NCBI RefSeq assembly: GCF_000737315.1
Contig: NZ_JMCB01000001.1
Coordinates: 20,001-144,000, forward strand
Direction of reading: 5' to 3'
DNA: 124,000 bases
Source of the DNA: Hyalangium minutum
GTDB lineage: Bacteria > Myxococcota > Myxococcia > Myxococcales > Myxococcaceae
Shown here: piece after piece, positions 10,253 through 19,610 of the stretch
Layout of the letters: each line of letters starts with the position of its first letter
Numbering within the stretch: the first letter of the stretch is position 1
The notes under the pieces: generated by a model
What the model was told of the DNA's origin: nothing
The model's input: the letters and a program-made list of their open reading frames with translations, nothing else
The model's database searches: none
Program-made: the position numbers and the translations under genes

Positions 10253-11305
10253 ATGCGCCTGACCCGAGTCCTCTGCGCCCTTCCCCTCGTCACCGCCGTC
10301 GCCTGCCTCTCCACGCCCCCCGTGCACGATCGGGCGCTGCTCAACAACGAGCTGTGCGTCCAGCAGCTCAACATCAATGACTTGGAGCGCGCCGAGGTCT
10401 ACTGCGATCTGGGCCTGGAGTTCTCGCCCACGTACGCGGACCTGTGGGTGAACAAGGGCCTCATCAAGCTCAAGGCTGGCGACACGGGCAAGGCCAAGGA
10501 ATTCTTCATCAAGGCGCTGCGCTACAACAACGAGCAGGCCCAGGCCTACCAGAACCTCGGCTACATCTACCTGCAGGAGGGCGCTTACGGGAAGGCGCAC
10601 GACAACTTCCAGCGCGCCCTGAAGGTGAACCCGGACTATCTCGAGGCCCGCTACAACCTGGGCCTGGCCTACCTGAAGATGGAGAAGAACGAGCAGGCCA
10701 AGAAGGAGTTCCGCACCATCATCGCGGTGGACCCGAACATCGCGGACGCGCACCACAGCCTGGGCGTGCTGGCCTACAGCGAGGGCAAGTTCGAGGAGGC
10801 CGCCGAGCACATCGGCCGCGCCGTGCAGCTGTCTCCGGACGTGGCCTCCTTCTGGCACGACTACGGCGCCACCCTCATGGAGCTCGCCCGCTTCGCCGAG
10901 GCCAAGGACGCCTTCGCCACCTGCGTCACCCTGGACCAGAAGAACCCCCAGTGCCTCAACAACCTGGCCATTGCGCAGCGCAAGGCGGCCCTGACGGACT
11001 CGGCCTTCAAGGAGATCAAGGACACCAACACGGCGGAGAACACCCCCGCCTCGCTCTACGTGCTGGCCAAGCAGCAGGCCGAGCAGGGCCTGGTGGACCA
11101 GGAGGAGCGCACCTACAAGAAGTGTGTCCGGCTGGATGGCAAGTACGCTCCCTGCCACTACGGCCTCTTCAAGATCTACGCTGACGCGAAGAAGAAGGAC
11201 GCCGCCACCATTGCCTGCAAGAACTTCCTCAAGTACGGCACCGCAGACGAGTTCCCCAGCGAGATTGAAACGTGCGAGAAGTACCTGAGCGACGGCACCT
11301 TCTGA
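10253..11305 (+). CDS. TPR-repeat lipoprotein (PilF/Tgl-like architecture)
   Basis: Lipobox AVAC; successive TPRs such as AQAYQNLG, EARYNLG and ADAHHSLG. Confidence 0.8.
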   Translation: MRLTRVLCALPLVTAVACLSTPPVHDRALLNNELCVQQLNINDLERAEVYCDLGLEFSPTYADLWVNKGLIKLKAGDTGKAKEFFIKALRYNNEQAQAYQNLGYIYLQEGAYGKAHDNFQRALKVNPDYLEARYNLGLAYLKMEKNEQAKKEFRTIIAVDPNIADAHHSLGVLAYSEGKFEEAAEHIGRAVQLSPDVASFWHDYGATLMELARFAEAKDAFATCVTLDQKNPQCLNNLAIAQRKAALTDSAFKEIKDTNTAENTPASLYVLAKQQAEQGLVDQEERTYKKCVRLDGKYAPCHYGLFKIYADAKKKDAATIACKNFLKYGTADEFPSEIETCEKYLSDGTF

Positions 11306-11358
11306 CCCTTTGACCTTCTGGTTCCTTCTCCCTTCCCCCTTCTCTTGATGCCCTGGCG

Positions 11359-12483
11359 ATGAGCGTCCGGCTGACCGTCACCCAGCGCAGCGAGGCTGGC
11401 AGCTCTGCCAAGCCTGCGGAGCACGTCCTCGACGAGGCCTCCATCACCCTGGGCCGCGACAAGGGCTGCCAGGTGGTGCTCGCGCAGCAGGCCGTGTCCC
11501 GCAACCACGCGCGCATCTCCCAGGAGGGCAACCTCTTCTTCCTGGAGGATCTGGGCAGCGCCTACGGCACCCAGATCAACGGCAAGCCCCTGCCCAAGGG
11601 CGAGAAGCACCGCCTGCGCAACGGGGACGTCATCGCCATCGCGCAGTTCGACGTGACGTTCACCCACGTGGCGGACCTGCCCGTGGACAGCGGAGGGCGC
11701 TCGGACAAGACGTCCTTCGTGGCGCGCAGCCTGGTGAAGGACGCGGTGCGCGGCATCAAGAGCGGCGAGGGCCCCTACTTCCGGGTCATGAATGGCCCTC
11801 GAGAGAGCGAGCGCATCGAGATCAGCGACGCCCAGGAGCTCATCATCGGGCGTGACGAGACGGCCGACGTCGTCTTCAAGGATGACCTCATCTCCCGGCG
11901 GCACGTGAAGATCCGGCGCGACTGGGCCGGCACTCACGTGGAGGACCTGGGCAGCCGCAACGGCATCAAGGTCAACAAGAAGAAGATCAACCGCAAGACG
12001 CTCAAGGACAGCGACGAGCTCGAGGTGGGCAACATCCGCCTGCTCTACGTGGACCCCTCGGACTTGCCCGAGCCCGCGGTGGACATTCCGGACTCTCCCG
12101 TCGATGACGGAGGCGGGGACGACGACGACGACGAGCACACGCAGAGCATCCCCGCGGGCCGCGTCGGCTCCCGGCGCGCCAAGCCCAAGGAAGAGGAGCC
12201 GCCCCAGGAGGAGCCGCCCAAGGAAGAGCCGCCCCAGGAGGAACCTCCCAAGGAGGAGGCCGCTCCGGAGCCCGCTCCCGAGCCTCCTGCGCCCGAGCCC
12301 GAGCCCGAGCCCGAGCAACCCCGTCCCATCCCCCAGAGGTCCTACGCCGCCAGCGTGGACGATGACGGTGGCGGGGGCGGCGGCGGCGGGTTCGACAAGC
12401 AGAAGATGGTGCCCCTGGTGGTAATGGGTGTGTTCGCCCTGTTCGCCATCGGCCTGATCATCGCGGTGCTGGCCGGAGCCTGA
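11359..12483 (+). CDS. Double FHA-domain protein with Pro/Glu linker and C-terminal TM helix
   Basis: Two FHA motifs (LGR...VSRNHA...DLGSAYGT and IGR...ISRRH...DLGSRNG); EEPP repeats; hydrophobic C-terminus. Confidence 0.85.
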   Translation: MSVRLTVTQRSEAGSSAKPAEHVLDEASITLGRDKGCQVVLAQQAVSRNHARISQEGNLFFLEDLGSAYGTQINGKPLPKGEKHRLRNGDVIAIAQFDVTFTHVADLPVDSGGRSDKTSFVARSLVKDAVRGIKSGEGPYFRVMNGPRESERIEISDAQELIIGRDETADVVFKDDLISRRHVKIRRDWAGTHVEDLGSRNGIKVNKKKINRKTLKDSDELEVGNIRLLYVDPSDLPEPAVDIPDSPVDDGGGDDDDDEHTQSIPAGRVGSRRAKPKEEEPPQEEPPKEEPPQEEPPKEEAAPEPAPEPPAPEPEPEPEQPRPIPQRSYAASVDDDGGGGGGGGFDKQKMVPLVVMGVFALFAIGLIIAVLAGA

Positions 12484-12542
12484 GCAGACGCTCCAGCCGC
12501 ACGAGCCCCCCTCAGCCTCTCCCCTCCCCCACGAACGAAAAA

Positions 12543-12568
12543 GCCCCCTCTGCCGGAGCAGAGAGGGC
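12543..12568 (-). terminator. Intrinsic terminator between convergent FHA gene and sctV
   Basis: GCCCCCTCTGC-cgga-GCAGAGAGGGC hairpin with an adjacent A-tract (T-tract on the minus strand). Confidence 0.6.
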
Positions 12569-12603
12569 CTTTGCCGGGGCTCCCCGAAGGGAGGGGCCTG
12601 CGG

Positions 12604-14736
12604 CTAGCGCGTGGAGATGCGGGCCACGGGCTGGATGTTGAGGTCCGGAGCGAGCTCCTGGTAGCTGAGCACGGAGAACGGCGGGTTGAACTCGAACTCG
12701 AGCAGCTTGCGGACGTAGCGCCGGATGTCCATGGCGGTGAGGATGACGGGGCGCTGCGCGCTGGGCGGCAGGTGGCCACACTCGGACTTGACGGCCTGGA
12801 CGATCTCCTGGGCCAGCTCCGGCTCCAGGGCCAGGTGGGTGCCCGCCGAGGTGCGCTTGATGGAGCCGCGGATGGCCTCCTCGATCTGCGGATCCAGCAG
12901 GTAGACGACCAGGGTGCCGGTACCGCGCGCGTACTTGTGCGAGATGTACCGCCGCAGCGAGGCGCGCACGTGCTCGGTGAGCATCACGTTGTCGGCCTCC
13001 ACTTGGCCGTACTCGGCCAGGGACTGGAGGATGCCGCGCAAGTCGCGCACGGAGATCTCCTCCTCCACGAGCCGCTGGAGGATGTCCGTGAGCTTGAGCA
13101 CGTTGACGACCTTCGGCACCACCTCTTTGACGATGGCGGGGAAGGCCTTCTCCAGCTGGTCCAGCATCGTCTGCGACTCCTGGACGCCCACGAACTCGCG
13201 GGCGTTGCGGCGCAGGATGGCGGCCAAGTGGAGGATGATGTAGCCGGGCACGTCCCAGGTGGTGAGGCCGGCGGACTCCAGCGTCTCCTTGTGCTGCTCA
13301 GGGACCCAGGCGGCGGGCTGGCGGGTGGCCGGGTTGATGGCCTCGAAGCCCTGGATGTTCATCAACTTCAGGCGGTCCACCGTGTCGTTCACGAGCACGT
13401 GGCCCAGCGTGGCCTGGCCAGTGACGACAGGCACCTCGTTGATCTGGATCTGGTAAGCGCCGGGCGGGAGGCTCGAGTTACCGCGGGCACGCACGCCCGG
13501 GAAACGCACGCCGAGCTCCACGAAGAGGCCGTCGCGCATGAACGGGATGAGCTCGAAGAGGAACTTCCCGTTGTCCTGGCGCGAGTCCACGTAGGGCACC
13601 AGCGCGTCGCTCACCTCCAGAACAATCGGAGTGACGACGGGGACGAAGAGCTCGGAGTCCGGGTTGATGGGCTCCTTGGGCGCGGGCTCGGTGGCGGCGG
13701 GGGTGCCGTTATCCGAGGTGGTGGTAGGAGCCAGGCCGCCGCCGCCCTCCTCCGCCACCGTCTCCTCCTGCTGCTTCTTGAGCATCTTCCAGGCGCCGAA
13801 GGCCGCGCCGCCGCCCAGCACCGTGAAGGGGATGCCGGGCAGACCGGGGATGATGGCCATCACCAGGAGCATGCCACCTGCGATGGCGATGGCCTTCGGG
13901 TACGCGGTCAGCTGCGTGCCCACGTCCTTGCCGAGGTGGTTACCCTCCTCCTCGCCGCCCACGCGCGTCACGATGATACCGGCGCAGGTGGAGATGAGGA
14001 TGGCGGGGATCATGCCCACCAGACCGTCACCGATGGTGAGCAGCGCGTACTTCTGCGCGGCCGCGCCCACGTCCATGCCCTTCTGCATCACACCGATGAT
14101 GAGGCCACCGACGATGTTGATGACGGTGATGATGATGGAGGCAATCGCGTCGCCCTTGACGAACTTCATGGCGCCGTCCATGGCGCCGAACAGCTGGCTC
14201 TCGCGCTCCAGGTCGCGGCGCTTCTTCTTGCCCACCTCCAGATCGATGGAGCCGGCGCGGAGGTCCGCGTCGATGGACATCTGCTTGCCGGGCATGGCGT
14301 CCAGGGTGAAGCGGGCGGCCACTTCGGCCACGCGCTCCGAGCCCTTGGAGATCACGATGAAGTTCACCACCGTGAGGATGACGAAGATGATGGCACCGAC
14401 GACGAAGTTGCCCTGAACCACGAACTTACCGAAGGCGACCACCACCTCACCCGGATCGCCCGTGAGCAGAATCAGGCGTGTGGTGGAGATGGTGAGCGAC
14501 AGCCGGTACATCGTGGTGATCAGCAGCAGCGTCGGGAACACCGACAGCTGGAGCGCCGCTGGCACGTAGAGCGAGATGAGCAGCAGCACCACCGAGATGC
14601 TGATGTTGAGCGTCAGCAGCACGTCCAACAGGTGGGTGGGCAGCGGGACGATCATCATCCCGACGATGGCCACCACGACCAGCGCGAGGACGATATCGGA
14701 GTACTTGGACAGGAAGCTGTTCGGATTGGCTGACAT
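12604..14736 (-). CDS. sctV: T3SS export gate, FlhA/LcrD family
   Basis: ERVAEVAARFTLDAMPGKQMSIDADL, FGAMDGAMKFVKGDAIA and VLSYQEL motifs. Confidence 0.97.
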   Translation of the reverse strand: MSANPNSFLSKYSDIVLALVVVAIVGMMIVPLPTHLLDVLLTLNISISVVLLLISLYVPAALQLSVFPTLLLITTMYRLSLTISTTRLILLTGDPGEVVVAFGKFVVQGNFVVGAIIFVILTVVNFIVISKGSERVAEVAARFTLDAMPGKQMSIDADLRAGSIDLEVGKKKRRDLERESQLFGAMDGAMKFVKGDAIASIIITVINIVGGLIIGVMQKGMDVGAAAQKYALLTIGDGLVGMIPAILISTCAGIIVTRVGGEEEGNHLGKDVGTQLTAYPKAIAIAGGMLLVMAIIPGLPGIPFTVLGGGAAFGAWKMLKKQQEETVAEEGGGGLAPTTTSDNGTPAATEPAPKEPINPDSELFVPVVTPIVLEVSDALVPYVDSRQDNGKFLFELIPFMRDGLFVELGVRFPGVRARGNSSLPPGAYQIQINEVPVVTGQATLGHVLVNDTVDRLKLMNIQGFEAINPATRQPAAWVPEQHKETLESAGLTTWDVPGYIILHLAAILRRNAREFVGVQESQTMLDQLEKAFPAIVKEVVPKVVNVLKLTDILQRLVEEEISVRDLRGILQSLAEYGQVEADNVMLTEHVRASLRRYISHKYARGTGTLVVYLLDPQIEEAIRGSIKRTSAGTHLALEPELAQEIVQAVKSECGHLPPSAQRPVILTAMDIRRYVRKLLEFEFNPPFSVLSYQELAPDLNIQPVARISTR

Positions 14737-14838
14737 CGGCGGGGCCATCCTAGTCTGCCGTGGTGCCCAGGCCCAAGCCCCCGTGCCGGACCCTCCGTCC
14801 CCCCCCGTCACCGGACTGTTTGTGGTAGGACTGCGGCA

Positions 14839-15786
14839 ATGGTGCCCGAACCGCCCTCGCCCACCCGTGGCCCTGTCCCCACGTATGGCTGGCGCGTCGC
14901 GTTGTTGACCAGCTCCTCAGACGTGGTGCACCTCATCTCCGAGGCCATGCGCGCTCGGAACCACGAGCTGGTGGCGGTGGTCCTCCCCTGCGGCCCGGAT
15001 GGGCTCCGGCCCCAGAACGCCCTTGCCTGGTCGCTCATGCACCATGCAGTCCAGGCCTCGCCTCCTCTGGCCGATGTGCTGGTGGCCAGCCGAAGGGACC
15101 GGCTCGCGCCGCTGCTGCAGTCGGTGAAGCCGGACCTGCTCATCAGCTTCTTCTTCCCGTGGCGGATCCCCTCGGAGGCGCTGGCGGTGCCGTCGCTGGG
15201 CGCCGTCAACCTCCACCCCTCGCTGCTGCCTCGCTACCGCGGCCCCAATCCGCTGGGCTGGACCCTGCGCAACGATGAACCGGAGATGGGCCTGAGCATC
15301 CACCGGATGGACGCTCAGTTCGACACCGGGCCGGTGCTGGCACAGGCGCGGCGCCCCATCAGCGACTCGGACACGGTGGAGAGCCTCTTCGAGCAGCAGA
15401 TGAACATGGCCTGGGAGCTGCTCCCGGAGATGATCACCCGCGTGGCGTGGGGCGACGTGGGCGAGGCGCAGCCGGAAGCCCAGGCCACCCAAGCGGGCCA
15501 CTTCGAGCCCGCTTACCGAGAGCTGGACTGGAGCCAGCCCGCGCGCGCGATCCACGTCCAGGTGAGAGCCTGCCGAGTTGCCTCGTGGCGAGGGGGCAAG
15601 CCCTCCTACGCCTACGGCCAGCTCGGCGGGCGGAAGCTCCACGTGCTGAGCACCCGTCTGGCGGAGAGCGGCGGCACGACGACAGCAGCTCCCGGCACGG
15701 TCCTCGCGCGCGACGGCGAGACGCTTCTCATGCAGTGTGGAGACGCGCCCCTCTGGGTGCTCCAGACGGAGCCCTTCCAGGCCTGA
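14839..15786 (+). CDS. Formyltransferase (Fmt-like)
   Basis: NLHPSLLPRYRGPNP and FDTGPV formyltransferase motifs. Confidence 0.8.
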   Translation: MVPEPPSPTRGPVPTYGWRVALLTSSSDVVHLISEAMRARNHELVAVVLPCGPDGLRPQNALAWSLMHHAVQASPPLADVLVASRRDRLAPLLQSVKPDLLISFFFPWRIPSEALAVPSLGAVNLHPSLLPRYRGPNPLGWTLRNDEPEMGLSIHRMDAQFDTGPVLAQARRPISDSDTVESLFEQQMNMAWELLPEMITRVAWGDVGEAQPEAQATQAGHFEPAYRELDWSQPARAIHVQVRACRVASWRGGKPSYAYGQLGGRKLHVLSTRLAESGGTTTAAPGTVLARDGETLLMQCGDAPLWVLQTEPFQA

Positions 15787-15803
15787 GCTCCGCGAGGAGC
15801 GCC

Positions 15804-16571
15804 TCAGCGCCGCTTGCGCTCCTGCTCCTCCTCGACCTGCTCCAGGAGATACTGGGCGCGCTGGACCAGGGGACTGCCAGCGGTTCCGGCATCCAGCACC
15901 GTGTGCAGATCCTCCACCGCCAGCAGGAGGTCGCCGCGCCACATGCGGGCCTCGCCCCTGCACACCCGGGCCATGAGGTCCATGGCGTCCAGAGAGAGCG
16001 CCTCCTCGAAGAAGACGAGGGCCTTGTCCGTGGAGCCCTGCGCCATATAGGTGGCGCCCAGCTGGGTGAACACGGGACCGGTGGCCACGCCCATCGTCAC
16101 CAGCCGCTCCAGGATGAGCTGGGCCTCCTCGAGCTGGTCCTCGGTGATGAGGCGGCGCGCTGTGGCCAGGCGCTCGGCGACGGAGCCTTGGGCAGGCTGT
16201 GCCCCCGCGGGCGTCTTCTCCCGGGCCCCCGAGCCCTTCCGAGGCGAGCGGGCCGAAGCCCTCCTCCCAAAGGACGCTTCTTCGGCCTTCTCGGAGACGG
16301 CGGCCCGGCTCTTGGGCCGGGGCCCGAGCGGCGAGCTCTGCGCGGGCTGCGCGGCGGCGCCCCCCAACCGGGGCTCGATGGGAATCTCGGGCAGCGTGGG
16401 GTGCTCCGCCATCGACGCTCTGGGAATCTCGGGCACCGTGGGGTGCTCGGCCATGGACACTTCGCTCGGGCGCTGGGCAGGGGTCCCCCCGCGCACGGAG
16501 CGCTTCTCGAAGTGGTGGATCTTCACGGGGGCAGGGGGTGATTTCCTGCCCGACCCCTGAGAGTTGGCCAT
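15804..16571 (-). CDS. TPR protein with disordered N-terminus
   Basis: C-terminal TPRs; duplicated SMAEHPT(V/L)PEIP motif. Confidence 0.7.
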   Translation of the reverse strand: MANSQGSGRKSPPAPVKIHHFEKRSVRGGTPAQRPSEVSMAEHPTVPEIPRASMAEHPTLPEIPIEPRLGGAAAQPAQSSPLGPRPKSRAAVSEKAEEASFGRRASARSPRKGSGAREKTPAGAQPAQGSVAERLATARRLITEDQLEEAQLILERLVTMGVATGPVFTQLGATYMAQGSTDKALVFFEEALSLDAMDLMARVCRGEARMWRGDLLLAVEDLHTVLDAGTAGSPLVQRAQYLLEQVEEEQERKRR

Positions 16572-16607
16572 GGTTCCTTCAGGCGCCGGGCGACCAGCGC
16601 CGGCGGC

Positions 16608-17075
16608 CTACTTCTTCAATTCCGCGGGCGCGCTGCGCTGGGCGGCTTCGATGGTCTCGATGGCCGCGGCGGCCAGCAGGCGCGCTCGCATGGTGAGCGG
16701 ATCCTTGTTCTCCGGATCCAGATCGACCGCTCGGGCAAAGTCCTGAGCGGCCTCCATGATGTTGCCCAGGCGCAGGTGCACCTCGCCCCGGTTGACCAGC
16801 GCCGCCGAGTCCTTCGGGTTGAGCTTCAGCGCCTCGTCAAAGGCCTCCAAGGCCGCATCCAGCTCGTCCTCGGCCAGATAGATGGCGCCCAGGGCGGTCC
16901 GGTAATAGGCCTCCAGGGGGTCCTGCTGCGCCAGCTCCTCGAAAATGAGCCGAGCCTCTGGATAGTCGCCCTCCTCATAGAGGCGGAAGCCCTCCATGGC
17001 CCGCTCGAGCAACTCGGGGGAGGACAACGTATTCGCCTCCTCGTTTGCGACCATCGCCTTGGATTCCGTCGTCAT
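16608..17075 (-). CDS. TPR chaperone (SycD/LcrH-like)
   Basis: Three TPRs (YYRTALGAIY, AALVNRGEV) inside the T3SS locus. Confidence 0.7.
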   Translation of the reverse strand: MTTESKAMVANEEANTLSSPELLERAMEGFRLYEEGDYPEARLIFEELAQQDPLEAYYRTALGAIYLAEDELDAALEAFDEALKLNPKDSAALVNRGEVHLRLGNIMEAAQDFARAVDLDPENKDPLTMRARLLAAAAIETIEAAQRSAPAELKK

Positions 17076-17221
17076 CTGCGCGGGTACCTGGGGTAGGAGC
17101 GCCGCTGCGGGCTGTCACCGAGCGGCCGGAGTCTAGCCCGCAGGCGCGCCAACAACCAAGGAGGGTGATCAATCCAAGAGGGCCCCCTCCCGATGCCCAG
17201 GGGGCCCGGGGGGGGCCCCTG

Positions 17222-17278
17222 AAACGAAACCGGCCCCGCGGAAGGACCCTGGCTCCAGGTCCTCGCGAGGCCGGCTCC
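17222..17278 (-). terminator. Intrinsic terminator of cassette 1
   Basis: GCCGGCCTCGCG...CGCGGGGCCGG-TTTCGTTT hairpin directly after the ORF. Confidence 0.75.
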
Positions 17279-17311
17279 GGCCTACTGCCCAGACGGCTGC
17301 CTGGCTTACAA

Positions 17312-17539
17312 CTACACCGCCAGGTTCTGGATGACGCTCTTGCTCATCTCGTGCAGCGCCTTCATCATCGTCGTCGCCAGCTGCACCATCTCCTGCATCC
17401 GCTGCATCTCGGACTGAACCTTCAGAAGGTTCTTCTGCTCCGCGGGGATGTTCTGGTTGTCGATCCACGAGTTCATCGTGCCGACGTTGCTGTTGATGGT
17501 GCCAGAGAAGTTGTTGAAAACGCCACCGAGGCTGGACAT
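17312..17539 (-). CDS. Putative T3SS needle/filament subunit, copy 1 (75 aa)
   Basis: C-terminal QSEM...MMKALHEMSKSVIQNL is in gapless register with the SctF/PrgI pattern QS...K(+18)...IQN; AAGGAG RBS. Confidence 0.7.
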   Translation of the reverse strand: MSSLGGVFNNFSGTINSNVGTMNSWIDNQNIPAEQKNLLKVQSEMQRMQEMVQLATTMMKALHEMSKSVIQNLAV

Positions 17540-17600
17540 GACGAACTCCTTGAGACGGACGGGGTAGGGAGGGTGAACCGCGAAGCAGCTTACACCTGGA

Positions 17601-17649
17601 TTATCGGTTCTGGGCAGAGGGAGTTTCCTGGAATTTTCCGGATCATTTC
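17601..17649 (-). promoter_or_regulatory. sigma28-like promoter plus upstream box, cassette 1
   Basis: Minus strand GAAATGATCCGGAAAA...GAAACTCC-N11-ACCGATAA. Confidence 0.7.
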
Positions 17650-17739
17650 CAGGCATTGAAGCGTCCCCTCCCCTGCCTGGCCTACCCCCTGCCACTCATG
17701 AACTGCCGCAGGGCCCTACCTGAACTAGGATGGGGGGAC

Positions 17740-18351
17740 ATGGACCTCTCCCAGGCGAAGGACATCTTCCAGCGGCTCTACCAGGACCTGTCGGGTTACG
17801 AGACGGCCCAGCGGGAGAAGGAGCGGTTGGGACGGGGGGATCAGTCCACCACCTATGGAGAGATCCTCCCCGAGAGCTTCGTGGAGCTGATGGCTGCGGC
17901 CTCCCCCACCGAGGGTGACGTGTTCATTGATCTGGGCTCCGGCACGGGCAAGGCGACCTTCATGGCGGCCCTCAGCTTTCCGCTCAGCAAGTCCATGGGG
18001 GTGGAGCTGCTCCCTGGGCTGGGGGATCTGGCGCGCGAGCGGCTGGCCGTCTACGACTCCGAGTTCCGTCCCCACCTGCCCGAGCAGCACCAGCGCCAGC
18101 GCATCGAGTTCATCGACGGAGACCTGACGGAGCAGGATCTCTCGGGCGTGGACATCGTCTTCGCGCACGCCACCTGCTTCCCGCCGGAGCTGATCGCCCA
18201 GCTGGGCAAGAAGCTCGAGGAACTCAAGCCGGGGGCCCGGGTCATTGTCGCGGGGAACACGCTCAACACGCCGGCCCTCAAGTTCCTCGCCATGAAGATC
18301 ATGAGGGCGGATTGGGGCACGGCCCTCACCGCGATATACCAGCGCACTTGA
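17740..18351 (+). CDS. Class I SAM methyltransferase, DOT1-like
   Basis: TYGE, FIDLGSGTGK, GVELL, FIDGD and DIVFAHATCF motifs. Confidence 0.7.
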   Translation: MDLSQAKDIFQRLYQDLSGYETAQREKERLGRGDQSTTYGEILPESFVELMAAASPTEGDVFIDLGSGTGKATFMAALSFPLSKSMGVELLPGLGDLARERLAVYDSEFRPHLPEQHQRQRIEFIDGDLTEQDLSGVDIVFAHATCFPPELIAQLGKKLEELKPGARVIVAGNTLNTPALKFLAMKIMRADWGTALTAIYQRT

Positions 18352-18395
18352 CCTCAACCCACCGCCACACCGAGTGGCCACCCAGGAGAGAGCCC

Positions 18396-18968
18396 ATGCG
18401 AAGCGCTTCCCTGTCCCGTCTGCTGACCGCCGCCTGTACGGTGGCGATGCTCGGCGCCTGCAACGGTAACTCTGGAGGTACGGGAGGTCCGGGAGGCGAC
18501 GGGAATCCCAACACCAACACGCCCAAGTCGCCCCCGCCCCAGGCGCTCCAGGGCCAGTGGCTCAACGGCACCATCTCTCCTCTGTGGTTCTGGGATGAGA
18601 ACTCGCAGATGGTGCAGAACGGCGGCGGCACGGCCGCGTACTTCGTCTTCAAGCCCGACGGCAGCTACGAGGAGTTCCTCTATGCCAGCTTCACCAGCGG
18701 CGGCTCCTGCCGCTACCTGAGCTGGAGCTCCACGGAGGGCACGGCCACCTTCGAGGACGGCACCTTCCACATCTACCCGACCAAGGGGCGCTCGAAGTAC
18801 TCGGACTGCACCCACGGCAGCGACTTCGACAAGTCGCTCAGCGCGGATGAGCTGAAGAAGGCCCAGAAAGTCTACTACTGGAAGTTCCAGGCGCAGGCGG
18901 ACGGCACGTCGCAGCTGATGATGGGGCCCAACGAGACGAGCCTGAGCGTCTTCCAGAAGGCGCCGTAG
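18396..18968 (+). CDS. Hypothetical lipoprotein
   Basis: Lipobox LGAC, Gly/Pro linker, beta-rich domain. Confidence 0.7.
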   Translation: MRSASLSRLLTAACTVAMLGACNGNSGGTGGPGGDGNPNTNTPKSPPPQALQGQWLNGTISPLWFWDENSQMVQNGGGTAAYFVFKPDGSYEEFLYASFTSGGSCRYLSWSSTEGTATFEDGTFHIYPTKGRSKYSDCTHGSDFDKSLSADELKKAQKVYYWKFQAQADGTSQLMMGPNETSLSVFQKAP

Positions 18969-19018
18969 CCGCGGTGCTCCAGGGTTGAGCACCGCGGCCA
19001 CATGCGCGCGGTGCTCCC

Positions 19019-19522
19019 CTACTCCTCGAGGGCCTCGTCGGCCTTCTTCTGCAGCATGGCCAGGGTGGCGCGGGCGCGCTTGGTGGTGTCGCGCTTGGCC
19101 TCCGGGTCCAGCTTCAGGGCAGCGAGGATGTCCTTGAGGGCATCCTCGAGCTTGCCCTCTTGCAGGTACAGCTCGCTGCGGCCCACCAGCGCATCCACGT
19201 TGGCGATGTTGAGCCGCAGGGAGGTGGTGTACTCCTCCAAGGCCTCGGGGAGCTGCTTGAGCTGGTGGTACGCGAACGCCAGATTCACGTGGAAGACGCT
19301 GTCATAGGGCGAGGCGGCCACCAGCCCCAGGAAGATGTCGCGCGCCTTCTCCAGATCGCCCCGCTTGAGCATGTTGTTGCCCATGGTCGCGATCTCATAC
19401 AGCTGCTTCTGCGAGAGCCCCAGGTACTGCGCGGGGGTGATGTCTCCGGCGACGAGCATCTCGCCGAGCTCCTCCTTGCTGGGAGCCTTGGCGCTGCCGG
19501 GCTTCTGCGGCGTGTCACTCAT
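19019..19522 (-). CDS. TPR chaperone (SycD/LcrH-like)
   Basis: LGLSQKQLYEIA...ARDIFLGLVAASPYDSVFHVNLA, typical of class II chaperones. Confidence 0.75.
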   Translation of the reverse strand: MSDTPQKPGSAKAPSKEELGEMLVAGDITPAQYLGLSQKQLYEIATMGNNMLKRGDLEKARDIFLGLVAASPYDSVFHVNLAFAYHQLKQLPEALEEYTTSLRLNIANVDALVGRSELYLQEGKLEDALKDILAALKLDPEAKRDTTKRARATLAMLQKKADEALEE

Positions 19523-19610
19523 GGTTCACCTGGACAAAAAGGCGGGAGGAAGGCGCAGTGGGTTGCGCTCTCCTCCCGCCCGGGAATGAGATGGATTCAG
19601 CCTAGCTCAA

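Noticed and set aside
10253-11305. Naming the TPR lipoprotein tgl
   Set aside because: Architecture is similar, but length and sequence do not match what I recall of Tgl; left unnamed.
12180-12320. EEPP(Q/K) and PE nucleotide repeats
   Set aside because: In-frame low-complexity linker coding, not a separate element.
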